Shown: one piece after another, positions 25,551 to 39,351 of the stretch | Numbering within the stretch: position 1 is the stretch's first letter | Layout: each line of letters starts with the position of its first letter | Assembly: GCA_030390025.1 (NCBI GenBank) | Contig: CM059432.1 | Location: forward strand, 125,800,001-125,864,000 | Reading direction: 5' to 3' | Source of the DNA: Squalus acanthias | Taxonomy: Eukaryota | Length of the DNA: 64,000 bases | Notes under the pieces: generated by a model | Database searches by the model: none | The model's input: only the letters and a program-made list of their open reading frames with translations | Told to the model about the DNA's origin: nothing | Translations under genes and position numbers: made by a program

Positions 25551-25931
25551 TCACAATAAATAAGCATTAAGGTGGGGAACACCTTCTGGTTGAGGAATGG
25601 TCCAGCATTTTGCACAAATGTATGGATGGCTATGTGCGTGTGCAGTCAATAATGCCTTGCACTCTAGAAAAGGAGATAACTGATGAAGTGCAAGCTGCCA
25701 TTGGTCCTGCTGCTGGTGGCCACTGCCGAAACAAATGTACCTGCGTGCCTTTCGGCGCAGAGTTTTTTTGATGTTTCTAATGGAACAATGCAGGGCATAG
25801 TGGCTGATGCTACCATAGTTTTCCATGGGTGCCTGGGAGTTGCAGGTGGCATAGAAATTGGCAGTTCTCCTGACTGTTCTGTTCTTGTTGACCACACATG
25901 CAGGGCATCTTGCACCAGAGGCACAACTCAA
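25551..25931 (-). pseudogene. Harbinger (HARBI1-like) transposase remnant
   Basis: NFYAT...GSISHYALHCSIRNIKKTL...RYICF, then in another frame FSRVQGIIDCT, the region of the first catalytic Asp. Confidence 0.6.
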
Positions 25932-26769
25932 TGACTGCCTTTTTTCTGAGCTTGAGCCTCATCAAACACTGCTTTTCAGTCAGTTCAAGTGGCTATGCTT
26001 AGTGTGCAATTGTCTTGCTTTGGGGTAGGTTATTGGCACAGTGTTTAGCCTCCAATGTCTCTGATGCACCTTTGCTGCAGACTCCTCCATTTGCTCTTCG
26101 ACTCTATCACAGCCACAATTGGTACTACACCTGTTTCTTTGTGTTATCAAGATTTCAAAGGGAACAGAAAATGGTAGTACACATTTACAAAATACTGAAC
26201 TTGACCTGCTACAGTCTGAACTGCACAAAGCTATGTAATGAACCAAATATGGTCAAATAAAAAGAGGATTGTTTGAACTAGTGTAAGAGTCCATTATATG
26301 AATCAAGTATTCAATATTTCTTCATTACTGAGTGCATTTGATTCCCAAGATTGGCCCATACCAAATCAAAGACTCAGTGTCTTCATTTGGACAGCATAAA
26401 TATTATTTAGCGCATTAAGCATGGGCCTAGATTTTCCTGTTCAGCAGGAATCCCATCAGAAGAGTGACAGGGCAGGTTTTCTGCCTGCCATTTGGCTCTA
26501 CACTGATTTCTTGGGGGTAGCCTCATCAAAACATTTTTGTTCAGCTTCTGGCAGAATTCCCAGCTGAGGAAGAAGCCCATTTCTTTTTAAAATGTTGAAA
26601 ATTGTGATGCTCGATAATAGTAATTAATAACCCTACATTATGCTATCCAATAGGCTCTTCAATGACTAAGGTTTTTACTCCTACTACACTTCCCAAAAGT
26701 ATTTTTCAAGTGTTGATTGATCTGTGTGTGGAGAAATTCTTCCTAAATATGTCCTTCATCAATTTGAAC

Positions 26770-27232
26770 TAAGAACATAATAGGAGAATGAGTAGGCCCT
26801 ACGGCCCTGCTCCGCCATTCAGTAAGATCATAGCTGATCATCTACTTCAACTTGACTTTCCCCATATCCCTTGACTCGTTTTGTGTCCAAAAATCTATCG
26901 ATTCCCATCTTGAATATACTCAACAACTGGGGTAGAGAATTCCAAAGATTCTCAACCCTGAGTAAAGAAATCTCTTCTCATCTCAGTCCTAAATGGCCAA
27001 TCCCTTATCCTGAGACTATGCCCCCTAGTTCTAGACTCTCCAGCCAGGGGAAACAACTTCTCAGCATCTACCCTGTCAAGCCCGCTAAGAATTTTACATG
27101 TTTCAATGAGATCATCTCTCATTCTTCTAAACTCCAGAAAGTATAGGCCCATTCTACTCAATCTCTCCTCATGTACAACCCTCTTATCCCAGGAATCGAT
27201 CTAATGAACCTTCGTTGCACCCCCTCTGAGGC
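26770..27232 (-). mobile_element. CR1 3' fragment
   Basis: LEFRRMRDDLIETCKIL...GESRTRGHSLRIR. Confidence 0.85.
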
Positions 27233-27829
27233 AACTGTGGCCCCTTGTCCTACCATCTTGGTTTGCGTCAGAGTAATACCCCGGGTTTATCTTTTAAATA
27301 CTTCTGTAAATTCCCCATCAGTCACTTCAAGGCTAACGAGCCAATTTCTCTGATCTACCCTTTTACCACAGTCTGTTGATGTAGGGATCAACCTTGTAAT
27401 TCTTCTCTAGATGACCTTCATGGCTTAAACGTACTTCTTGCATATTGGTGACCAAAGCTGGACACAGAAGTTAAGCCGACCAGAACTCTATGCAGTTTTA
27501 TCACAACTTTCTCTCACTTGTACCCTATTGATTTAGCAGTATAGATCAGCATATTGCTGACTCGCCTGCAACAGAAGAACAAATTCCATATTGCTATCCT
27601 TCTGTTGGGTTTCCTCAGTATGTGTCCAGTTATGACTTGTGCTGAGTGTAACTTATAACTCCATATGTGTACACCACATAACTTCAGAAAAACTTGCTTA
27701 CAAGTAATTAAAATTGCTCCCCTCAATGATTTATTGAATTATTGGCTTAGTCTGCCAGTGGGAAAGCATTACCATTTTATTAAACCTACGTTACAAAATG
27801 CAAACTGGTCTAAACAGTGGCGATGAGTG

Positions 27830-28560
27830 AGCGGGACTTGGTGTGCGCTAGGATATGGTCAGCAGAGTTTTGGGTGGGCTAAAACTTAGAGGGAGGCTGG
27901 TCAGGAAAGTATTGGAATAGTTGAGTCTAGACATGACAAAGGCATGGATGAAGGTTTCAGCTGCAGATGGGCTGAGGTAGGGGCGAAGGCAGGTGATATT
28001 ACGGTGGCAGATGTAGGCAGTCTTTGTGATCAAGAGGATACGGGGTCGGAAACTTAGTTCGGGGTTGAATAGGACGCTAAGGTTGCCAACAGTCTGGTTC
28101 AACCTGAGACAGTGGCTGGCGGGGGAATGGGGATGGAATCAGTGGCAAGGGCAGAATTTGTAGTGGGAATCAAATAGGATAGCTTCAGTCCTACAAATGT
28201 TTAGCTGGAAGAATTTGCAGCTCATTCAAGACTAGATGACAGACAAGCAGTCTGACAACACAAGAGGCAGTAGAGGAGTTGAGAGAGGTAGAGCTGGATG
28301 TCGTTAGCATGCATGTGGAAGCTGATCCCATGTCTGCAGATGTCACCAAGGAGTAGCATGTAGAGAGGGCCAAGGTTAGATCCTTGGGAAGACTCTAGAG
28401 GCAACAGTGCAGGGGCAGGAAGAGAAGCTAGAAACATGCAGGCTCATGGCTAGGGCAGGTGGGTAGTTTGGTTTGGTGGGCAAGGATGGGGGGTGGTTGA
28501 AGTGGTTGGTCTCAATCTTAGTGACAAAGACATCTGAGCTCTTTGGCACTTTTGTTGGAG
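27830..28560 (-). mobile_element. L2 LINE fragment
   Basis: QGSNLGPL..HGISFHMHANDIQLYL and LRPYLSPSAAETFIHAFVMSRLNYSN. Confidence 0.8.
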
Positions 28561-29479
28561 GCGAGGGTGGAGGGCAGGGGAGGGAGCTATAAGAAGATAG
28601 TGGAAAGGAATAGTAGCTGAATTATCACCCTTTGGTAGTGGAACAAGCGGTAATCTAGTATCAGAGGAGTGGAGGATGTGAAAAGGGGCACAGGACTACA
28701 AAATATCACAGATATGGTGGAGTGAGGCAGCTAAGAGATCCTGGATCATAAAAAAACTCATGTTGGACTCTGTCATATGTTGAGTACTTTAGGTTAAATT
28801 CTATTCATGCGTTTCAGTGTGTATGGGGCACATTTTGCACCAGTGGAGAATTATGGGCACTATTCTATTTTTCATCATTTCACTCTTTTGCCCCAATTTG
28901 CAAAAGAATCATCATTGAGCCAGGTGGATAATTTTCTGCTTGTGCTCATTTAACAGTGGATAATTGTGCCTTTCTGATTGGATGTCTTAGCTATTCAGAC
29001 AGTAAAAACATTGATCTGTTGCTGAAACGTTGTGATGTTATGCATACCAATATGGTGGAGATCTGTGGATAGATTTTTGTTCTTAAAACTGATCATAAAT
29101 CCATCAGCATGCCCTCTCCTAAACTGAAAATCCATGCAAGTCACACCAGTTTATAAACTTGTGCCATATTTGTAAATCCTACTACATAACGAGAGTACCA
29201 AAGCTCAACCATTTGCAATCTCAACTGACAGAAATAGGTGCCAGTTATAGGGCAATGTCCTTGATGCCGTCCTTTCGCAGCATAAATAGCGGTACTGAAA
29301 ACTGTCATATCACACCTCAGTTTGCTAACAGAATTGTAATTTCACCACTTTATTTGCTGGATTTGTGCGTGTAGTATATATACTAAATATTATGAATTAG
29401 AATACGAAGCGTGTCAGTTTCAAATTTCTCGTGGACATAGGCCCAATGCACAAAACCACCCGAATTTGGCACTAAACGA

Positions 29480-29936
29480 CTCGCTTTTCTATAGCGCCTT
29501 TCACGACCACTGGACGCGCCAAAGTGCTTTACAGCCAATGAAGTACTTTTTGAAGTATAGTCACTGTTGTGATGTAGGAAACATGGCAGCCAATTTGAGC
29601 ACAACAAGCTCCCACAAACAGCAATGTGATAATGACCAGATAATCTGTTTTAGTGATGCTGATTGAGGGATAAATATTGGCTAGGACACTGGGGATAACT
29701 CCACTGCTCTTCTTCGAAATAGTGCCATAGGATCTTTTATGTCCACCTGAGAGCAAACAGGGCCCTCCGACATCCAGCTCATCCGAAAGACGGCACCTCC
29801 GACAGTGCAGCACTCCCTTAGTACTGCACTGGAGTGTCAGCCTAGATTTTTGTGCTCAAGTCTCTGGAGTGGGACTTGAACCCACAACCTTCTGACTCAG
29901 AGGCGAGGGTGCGACCAACTGAGCCATGGCTGACAC
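29480..29936 (-). mobile_element. tRNA-headed SINE (SacSINE1-like)
   Basis: Reverse complement of the 17849..18303 family; intact A and B boxes. Confidence 0.85.
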
Positions 29937-31004
29937 TCAGTAAACAGGCCATCTCACTCAAAGAAACCACAGGATAACAAACATTGGAAACTCAGTCAGA
30001 AGTTGTTTTTTTGAGGTTATGTGAAGGTAGAAAGAGCTTTAGTTTGCTATGGCTGAATTGGGAATCTCTGATGTTGACAGTGGATGCCTAAAATTAAAAA
30101 AAAGTTCTATTCCCTAATCTCAACATCGTTCACCTTGATGGGAAAATAAAAAGTCATGCAAAAAAAAGTTAACTAAGAGTTGAAGATAAGGATGTTGGGC
30201 TAGAAAAAGTAATATTCAGTGAAAGAAGGGATCTGGCCCAGGAGAGTTAGAAAACAAGATGGATTAGAACTGTGAAATCTTCAAATAGAAGATGGAGAGA
30301 GAACAAAATAGAGAGATTCCTAAAAGTAAGTGCATCAAAAGATAGAGTTCCATGGATAAAGGGAGGTTAAAATTTAAACTTAAATAGGAGACATATTATA
30401 AAATGAGGGCTGGCAATAAATGGGGAGGGAACTGCAAAGTCCTTCAGGATGGATGAATTAAGATGGTTGAATGGCCTTCTTCATCACAATTATCTTGCAA
30501 TCTTGAGTCGTAGGACACCAAGTCCATGTCTACAATTCCCCAAACAGCAAATTTTCAGATTTCAACCAGGGAATCAATAGGGACTGAACAAAAGCTAGAG
30601 ATCTCCTCACTCTGGAGGGAAAAGAAAACAAGTAGGTAGTAAGTGGGAGGAGGCATAGGAGGGGAGAAGTCTGGTATAGACTTTATTAATATTTTATAAA
30701 TCCATAGCTAGCTATGTAGAGAAGCAACACTTCCAATTTTCAGATTCAAGGCACCAACTGGATCTCTGCTCCTGGTTCATCAGATCTGCTGTTATGCTTA
30801 GCTTAAATGGTCAACTTACCACTTTTATAGCCTCACCTCCATGGAGCACTAAGTTATACATCACCAGAAATTATATTAGCATTTACTGTTGGTGTATTTG
30901 CAACATAGTGGAAAAGCAATGCAAATGAAATGCAACCTAGCCTAAAAATTACCTTTAAAATGGTTAAGACACTTATCTTAAATGGCACAGACTGAACACT
31001 GTAA

Positions 31005-31291
31005 ACTTAGTCAAATTACTACTTTATTAAATGTTATTGTATACAACATGACCAATATAGTTACAAAAGTAAAAATTCCGTAGCAATAATCAGAAAAAAA
31101 TTCTGAAATGTGATCAAACTGTACATTAACAGAGTGGTCTTGTCCATGGTCGAGATGGAAAAAGGGGAATAAAAGCATAAAAGCAATTCAGATGAAGCTC
31201 CTTTGTTATAGCTGGTCACCATTAATATTATAAGATTGTGTCTGCAGATTCTCCTTCCAGGACAGCAAAGGAAGAATGTGTGGCTTGCAGT
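31005..31291 (-). other. ZNF706: Putative terminal non-coding (3'UTR) exon of the ZNF706-family gene
   Basis: Poly-T tract plus AG acceptor at 31293-31292; AATAAA on the minus strand at 31023-31028 (alternative at 30682-30687). 3' end is approximate. Confidence 0.55.
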
Positions 31292-31662
31292 CTAAAAAAA
31301 TAAAAATGTATTCATAAGAATGAGTTTAATATGCAAAAATGCACAGTGCTAGCTGTATGACTAGCTCAAACCCATTTTCACATTCATTCCAATTTCCTAC
31401 TACTGTGCAAAAACAACAGGGGTAATTTTCTGACTTTACACTCGGGCAAATTCAGGCATGCACCACACAAATGAGCATTTAAATGGATGGGCAGATGGCA
31501 AGGTTCCTAATGCAGCACTATGTTGAAAAATTACACCATAAACTTTCAATTTTTACGTTCAGCTGGGGTGCAGTTCAAACTTACAGACTGCATTAAAGGT
31601 AAGTGGAAAGGACAGGCTACATAAATTCATATGCAAATTCTATGGCACTAAAAAATAAGGAG

Positions 31663-32063
31663 AACTTGCATTTATTTCATATCATCCCAACGTACTTCAC
31701 AGCCAATGAAATACTTTTTTTTGGAGATCAGTTATGTAGGTAAATGTGGCAGTCACTTTGCATACAGCAAGGTGCCATGAACAAATGAGATAAATTGCCA
31801 AATAATATCTCGGTGGTGCTGGTTATTGAAGGATAAATGTTAGCCAGATCTCTCATTCTCTCTTTGAATAGTGCCATGAGATTTAAGGCAACTTGAACAG
31901 GCAGACAGGGCTTCAGTTTAACATCTCATCCGAGAGGGAAACACTTCAGACAATGCAACACTGAAGCGCAAGCCTAGATTATGTGCTCAAGTCCTGAAAG
32001 TGGCACTTGAAGCCAGAACCTCCTGACTCAGAGGCAAGGGTGTTACCATGTAGCCAAGCTGAC
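31663..32063 (-). mobile_element. Degenerate tRNA-headed SINE
   Basis: Diverged copy of the same SINE family. Confidence 0.7.
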
Positions 32064-32744
32064 TACTACATATACAGTATGCAAATTATGACTTTTTAAA
32101 AAATGTGTTTATGGGATGTGGGCGTCACTGGCAAGGCCAGCATTTATTGCCCATCCCATTGAGCAAGCCAATGGTCATTAAAATGTTGTGGCTGTCAAAG
32201 GTTTACACCTGAAACATCAACTAATTTATTCTCTCCACCGCATGTTGACTGACACGAGTGTTTCCAGCATTTTCTGTTACTGCCTCAAGAAAACTGGTTT
32301 CAAGACATCACTGTGTCAGCACAAGCTTGTGCATGTGCAACTTAACAAAAAACTAACTTTTAAGCTTCAAATTATTTCACACTACTCTGATTAGTAGCCA
32401 AGTTGGGCAAAAACCTCACAAAAGTACAAATGAAGGAGGATGGTTGTACATCTGTTTGGAACGAACACTAAAGATTGAGGTGGTTAAGCAGTGGCAGAAT
32501 TTGAGTCATTTAATACTACAAACGGAGTGAGCCATGGCTCAGTGGTAGAATTCCTGCCTGTGTCAGTAGATTCGAGCCTCACTTCATACAGCCCTGGAAG
32601 TGTAGATGAGATTCTCTGAATACTGAGTTGACATCCAGTGGCATACTCGCATTTAATGGGAGTGGAATGGCTACCCCCACCCCGTCCCAATCATATCTAG
32701 CCCTTCCCCCTGGTTAGGTTAAAGACCTGGCCACATAAAAGGGG

Positions 32745-32845
32745 TCATCAGAACTGATGAAAGGTCATTGACCTGAAACGTCAACTCTGTTTCTCTCTCC
32801 ACAGATGCTGCCTGACCTGCTGAGTATTTCCAGCATTTTCTGTCT
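32745..32845 (+). repeat. Solo PLE pseudo-LTR fragment with hammerhead core
   Basis: CTGATGA-A-AGGTC-att-GACCT-GAAAC-GTC followed by AACTCTGTTTCTCTCTCCACAGATGCTGCC; stem I 5' strand is disrupted. Confidence 0.75.
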
Positions 32846-33686
32846 TCCTTATGGAAGCAACCCAAAGCACGATATGCTGGATGTAAAAGCAGTGGAAGAA
32901 ATGGGGTGCCTCGTGTGTCGCTATGCACAGGAGAGAAAGAGAGCTCTACAAACAGAATTAATCAGTTAGCATTCTCCAACATCCTTTCAAACTGCTGGAA
33001 ATCATTACAATTAAATTGGAACATCTATCCAGTTTTAAAAGTCTAGTATTTTTGAATCTTAAATTCTGATGGGTTTGAGATTAATAGTGAGGCTTCTGGT
33101 TCAAGGCTTTGGGAAAGGTTTTTCAAATTGTGGCAAGATCTTTGTTTAAATTCTTTTAAGTTTAACAAAGTACTCCAACCTTAGTGGTAAAATGAATTTT
33201 GCTTCTTTAGATAAACCTGAATTCCCATTAAACATACAGCTAACTTGCCAAATTAACTTATGCTTAGATCTGTGTTTTTCAAAATTCGCTGCAGGCAATA
33301 TCCCATTTGCAAGCTTTGCACAACGCCTGCTTAATCATTCATTCAGCACACCCAAAAGTGAACAGACTTCCAAATTATTATGATGTCAGTGAATTCCTGT
33401 GCTGACCACTACAAACTGGATAATCACAGTAAATGCACAGAATTCCAGATTTCAGCAGGAGTGACTGATGCCGTTTGCTGCATCATAATATTATCCTTGG
33501 GGAAGGTTTCTGTCGTAGAACAGAATGGATTCACAGTATTATTGTGAGCTACCCGTTTGTCTCACTTAAAATAATTAGTTATGTAGATCCAAATACAGCA
33601 GCTAGTCTGACAATCAGTCACATGAAACAAATTAAATCTCAAAAAGGTACATACCTGAAATGACACAAGTTGGCACTCTCTCATCT

Positions 33687-33782
33687 TTATGCCTGCACAT
33701 CAACTAACTCTGGTGGCATTGGTGCTTTAGGATGCTTGTTCTCAAAGTGCTGTTTAAATGTTTTGGGATCCGGCATCTGGGT
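33687..33782 (-). CDS. ZNF706: ZNF706-family zinc finger protein, coding exon 2 (exon extends to 33655)
   Basis: ag|ACC CAG ATG... = TQMPDPKTFKQHFENKHPKAPMPPELVDVQA*; phase 0 join to the upstream exon; donor CAG|GTATGT at 33655/33654. Confidence 0.96.
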   Translation of the reverse strand, partial: TQMPDPKTFKQHFENKHPKAPMPPELVDVQA

Positions 33783-35106
33783 CTAATACAGACACAGAAG
33801 TTATGATACATGATCAAATACAGCTAGATCAAAAATCAACATAATAGTTATAACTAAAGTCGAGACCTGTACAATATGGATCAACAGCTATAAGAATTAT
33901 TTTTTTTAAAACACTTTTTATAAAGTTCCTATTTTCTCAGTTTACTTTCATACTGCTGATTTTTCAGTTAGATTTCTTCTTCTCTGGGCTTTACATTTAA
34001 AAGGACAAAGGCTATAGTAGACTCCCAAGGGTCCTGGCCAACATTCCTCCCTCAATCAACACTAATTAAGATCAATTATGTTTAACTGCAAAATGGTCAC
34101 TGCACTTCAGAGTAATTCATGTATATGCAATGCTTTAAGACACTTCTCTATACAAATTGGTTTTGCTGAAGCAGTTTCAGATGATTTTTTTTAAATGAGT
34201 TCCTATTCAAAACAGATTATTCCTGCTAAGTGAAGCTTATTTAAGAAAGTCCCACCATTCCTCATTCTCAATCTTTCTATCACTGATTAATTAGGCAGGA
34301 CCAATAGTTATGGTTGTTTCATCCACTAGGTGAACTACCAAGAATACAATTACTGAGAAGCCTGGTTAAGTATATGGCATGCCAATTTGTGGCTTCAATA
34401 TAGAAGCAATCAGGATTCCCCAATATACTGTAAATCCTACAGGCTGAGAAAACAAATCTCATCTCACTGATCTTTAATTTTCTTGTTTAGTAGCAGCAAT
34501 ATTGTACAACTAACCAGCTCTTCCAGTTTGAAAGATCTATTTTCTGCCAAGGGTTGTCCTCAAACACACAAGTCCTGCACTGAATCCAAGGCAGTGGTTT
34601 CATTAATTTTCTGAGTTTTTATTTTACTCCCTTCAAAGTTTTTTTTGAGAAATAAGAGATTTATAAATACTTTAAAAGAATGTTCCTGTGGCAACATTGT
34701 GATCTTTGAAAGCTAAAGGAGTCAACACAGAAAGGAATCAAGCGCTTTCAACAAGATAAAGTTAATAGAAACAATTGGACTGGGCTCTGTGTAACAGCCC
34801 AACAAGCACATTCTATTAAATTAAGTTTTTGGTGTATGTACAATTACATTCCAATAAAAACTAAAACTTGGGCTGCTGTGTAAAGACAACAACATTTTAT
34901 ATTGAACATCAACTAGTGAAAGAAGTCTAACTTACAAAACAGATTTGTGCATGGATTTAATTGTCTACATTCTAGACCGAAAGGCAGAATCTGCCATTCC
35001 TTCCATTAACAATGAGTGATTTACATCACTGTTGTCATACTTCATTAGGTCCTAAATTAGGATGAAGAGCTGCTCAGAAGAATGCTTGGTCCCCAGCTCC
35101 CCTTAC

Positions 35107-35241
35107 CCTACAGACAGAGCAAGTGTAGACAAGAGCTGCTTTTGCAGCAGTCTTCTGATCATGTCCCATTTTTTTTTTCTGTTCAGCCTGCTTCTTTGCA
35201 TTCCGCTGCTGGGATTGAAGCTTCTGATGTCCACGGGCCAT
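35107..35241 (-). CDS. ZNF706: ZNF706-family zinc finger protein, coding exon 1
   Basis: tag|GT ATG... = MARGHQKLQSQQRNAKKQAEQKKKMGHDQKTAAKAALVYTCSVCR|gtaagg; total 76 aa with a CxxC...HxxxxH finger, matching ZNF706 in length and sequence. Confidence 0.96.
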
Positions 35242-37286
35242 ACCTAGATAGACAACAAAAGAATCAATGCTATAGTATTAGTTAGCCACATAGAGAGGTT
35301 ATTACTAAAAGTCCAGGTATGTCGCACCTTGTAAGCCATGACTGGGCAGCTAATGAACAAGTTAGAAACTCACATTCTGTGTGCTTTTTATGCGTAAAAT
35401 TTTTTAAATTGTCATTTGAACTTAATTGCTTATCCATAATCATTTCTAGAATGTAAAGCAACTGATGAGTAGGAAAAGCATTCAACAACAAACTATTTCC
35501 AACGAGCGCATCCTATGGAACCACTTCCATTAGAAAGAACTTGAAGAATTTGCTCCATTTATATTGCAGTTGATGCAATTATTGGGAAAGGGTATTTGTG
35601 GAATACTAGTTTCACCATCAAGCAATTTAATAATGTATTCTGAAATCAAAAAGTGAAAGCACAGCTCAATATTAAAATCAAAACAGGATAGTTATTAAAA
35701 TTAAAGACAGCATATCATAAGTACATGCATTATTGGTATACCCATATAAGTTAGCTAAACATCATCACTGGTTATGCGGGAGAAGTAATAAATCCAGCCT
35801 AGACAGACAAGTAGCAGTTATGTTAGCTATGATGATTCCGTGCGATTAATTTCAGCAGTTTCAGTTCTGAAAAGCAATATGTCTCACCACAAAATTCCCC
35901 ATAATTCAATACACATCAGCAATTGAACAAGCTACAAAAGTGGCATATTATGAGAAGTGAAATCATCATACTGGTTATTTTTGGGATATGCTTTTTGTAT
36001 AGACTAATGCACAATGGTACTTTATTGGGACAGAGCAGAAAGCTTTAATCTATATTCAGTGATTGCACCACCTGATCTGCCAGCACTTTATGCAGTACTG
36101 GCACCGTCATTTTGGCAAGCACAAAGTTTAAGGCAAAACTTGAAAATTGCTGAAACAAAACTGAAGTGTTGTAATGAATTAAAATTGATGATAGTCTAGG
36201 CCTACGACTGTCCTTCAAACTCTGTTCCTCCAATTCCAGCCTCTTGTGCACCCACTCCTGTCAATCTACCATTAGTGGCCATGCCCTCAACTGCCTAGAC
36301 CCTCTCCTCTGAAATTCCCTCCTGAACCAGTGTGTCTCCACCTCCTTAACCAAGCTTTTGGTCACCACTCCTGATTTTCCTCCTTTGATTCCGTGCCAGT
36401 TTCTTTACATCTCTGAAATGTCTAGGGCACTTTCCTATGTTAAAGGTTCTAAATAAATGCAAGTTGTTGTGATACAGCAATATTTCTTTCAGGCTCTGTA
36501 CTTGTACTACCATGTTTTGCAAAGTTACAATCCCCAGAATTGTTCAGCAGAAGTTGAAGAGGTTTTTGTCTATTCCTGGAAAGCAACCTATTACAACTAG
36601 AGCAACTGATTTACAGTGACCAAGTCAAATTTCGTTATTATTGCATGGAATTCTAGAATTTTTAAAATCAGTGTTTTGGGATCAAATTCCACAATTCCAT
36701 CTTCCTCTCCCCCCCCCCCCCCCCACCTCAACATATCAGTGGCCTTGATTATAATAAATTAGCAATTTCTCCATCATCTGTAGTAATGCCTTTTTGCTTG
36801 ATCATCGAAGCAAATATCACACAAAAGTCAACTACAACAGGAACATTTTTATATCTGCCCCCCACCCCAACTTTTTCCCCTCCTAAAGGCACTGACTGTT
36901 GGGATATAGTCCACAGGTGACAATCACCTTCCAGTAGCTCACCTATGCAGCCATTATCTACAATGTTCTGGGCATTAAGTCAACTGCAAATTTGGCTGAG
37001 CCCACCTGTCCTTTCTTGAGCTCCAGCAAGGGTGGATGTGTACCAATGAACCGCAGAAATCTTAGCCGATTTCTTCCTCTCGTGCCCACGAGCACCAAGG
37101 CGGATTATAGCATGATCCTTTCTGAAATCAGCTAACTCAGGAATGGAAAAGGGGGTGGGGTGGAGAGAAAGAGATGGAGAAGGCATTTCACCTAGAGAAC
37201 ATTCATCAGGGTGAAGCAATTTTAGTTGATAAAGAATATGCAACGTAGCATTGGCTTAAGTGCAATTTTCCCTGCAACACATTACA

Positions 37287-38163
37287 TAACATAAGAAATA
37301 AGAGGAGTAGGCCATTTGGCCCCTCGAGCCTGCTCCGCCATTCAATAAGATCATGGCTGATCTATTACCTCAACTCCACTTTCCTGCACTAGCCCCATAT
37401 CCCTTGATTCCCTTATATTAAAAAATCTATCGATCTCTGCCTTGAATATACTCAACGAATGAGCCTCCACAGCCCTCTGGGGTAGAGAATTCCAAAGATT
37501 CACCACCCTCTGAGTGAAGAAATTTCTCCTCATCTCAGTCCTAAATGGCCGACCCCTTATTCTGAGATTGTGACCCCTGGTTCTAGACTCCCCAGCCAGG
37601 GGAAACATCCTCCCTGCTTCTACCCTGTCAAGCCCTGTAAGAATTTTGTATGTTTCAATGAGATCACATCACATTCTTCTAAACTCTAGAGAATATAGGC
37701 CTAGTCTACTCAATCTCTCCTCATAGAAAATCTCCCCATCCCAGGAACCAGTCTGGTGAACCTTCATTGCACTCCCTCTATGGCAAATATATCCTTCCTT
37801 AGGTAAGTAGACCAAAACTGTACACAATACTCCAGGTGTGGTCTCACCAGGGCCCTATATAATTGCAGTAAGACATCTTTACTCTTATACTCAAATCCTC
37901 TTGTAATAAAGGCCAACATACCATTTGTTTTCCTAATTGCTTGCTGTACCTGCTTGCTAACTTTCAGTGATTCGTGTACAAGAACACCCAGGTGCCTCTG
38001 AACACCATCATTTCCCAATCTCTCACCATTTAAAAAAAACTCTGCTTTTCTATTTTTCCTACCAAAGTGGTTAACTTCACATTTCTCCACATTATATTCC
38101 ATTTGCCATGTTCTTGCCCACTCACTTAGCCTGTCGATATCCCCTTGAAGCCTCTTTGCATCC
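37287..38163 (-). mobile_element. 5'-truncated CR1 LINE (intronic)
   Basis: ORFs 37764..38222 and 37351..37608 with CR1 C-terminal motifs. Confidence 0.9.
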
Positions 38164-38752
38164 AATCTTTTCCGAGAGCTGATTGGAAACACATGACCAT
38201 GTAGTCTAATACAATTGGTCATGAATACCCTCTGTTTCGTTGCTGATAAAACACATGCTTAGGAGCAACCAGCTGTTTTCTTGCCCCGTGGTCTGGCGAT
38301 TCTGGTTTCGTCTACCGTAGTCCCTCCTATTCCAGGGAACCCTAAATTGTTTCCTCCTGTCCCCACCCCTTCAAATGGAAGCCATTTGTATTACACTGAC
38401 TAAACATTATTTTCAGCATGTACATGTTTCAGTTTTCATTAGTGCATGCATATAACCTGGAACATTTAAACCTTCCGCTTAACGTTCACAACTGACTGGA
38501 GTGGAATCCAGATTTTTAGATGCTAACAATCTGCCAAATATAAAGTTTTAAATAAAGACCCATGTTCTGATCCCATCCACCTCCCTTTGTCTCAGTTCCC
38601 TAAGTAGCAGCAGGTAACAAGGTAGATAAAATGCATTTTTAAAGTGATAACTACATAAATGTCAAAAAGGATTGTAAACAGAATAAGTTTATGAACAAAC
38701 AAGTTGCAAAACAAGAGGGAATAAAGGGGCAAGGAGCGAGAGGGAAGAAAAA

Positions 38753-39166
38753 TAGACTTGCATTTATATAGCACCTTTCATGACCACCAGATGTCCCAAA
38801 GCGCTTTACAGCCAATGAAGTACTTTTTGAAGTGTAGTCACTGTTGTAATGTGGGAAACGCAGCAGCCACTTTGCGCACAGCAAGCTTCCAAAACAGCAA
38901 TGTGATAAAGACCTGATAATCTGTTTGTGATGTTGATCGAGGGATAAATATTGACTAGGACACCGGGGATAACTCCCCTGCTCATCTTCGAAGTAGTGCC
39001 ATAGGATCTTTTACGTCTATCTAAGAGGCAGATGGGTTTAATGTCTCATCTGACCAGTGCAGTGCTTAGCCTAGATTTTTGTGCTCAAGTCCCTGGAGTG
39101 GAACTTGGAACCACAACCTTCTGACTCAGAGGCAGGGGTGCTACCAACTGAGCCACAGCTGACACT
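38753..39166 (-). mobile_element. tRNA-headed SINE (SacSINE1-like)
   Basis: Same head, core and tail as the other copies. Confidence 0.8.
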
Positions 39167-39351
39167 GGTAGACAGGAGAGTTAGGGAAAAAGTCAGAAAT
39201 ACAGTTACAAGGAAAGAGTGAAGAAGTATAGTGAAGAGGGAGGCAAATCAGAAGGTAAAGAGCCAGTACAGGAAGAGAATTTTTATTTTTGTCCATGAGC
39301 AACACCACTTCGAAAGAGCCAGCGCAGACTCGATGGGCTGAATGGCCTCCT

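Noticed and set aside
36708..36727. Poly-C tract (another at about 40661-40676)
   Set aside because: Simple homopolymers with no further structure.
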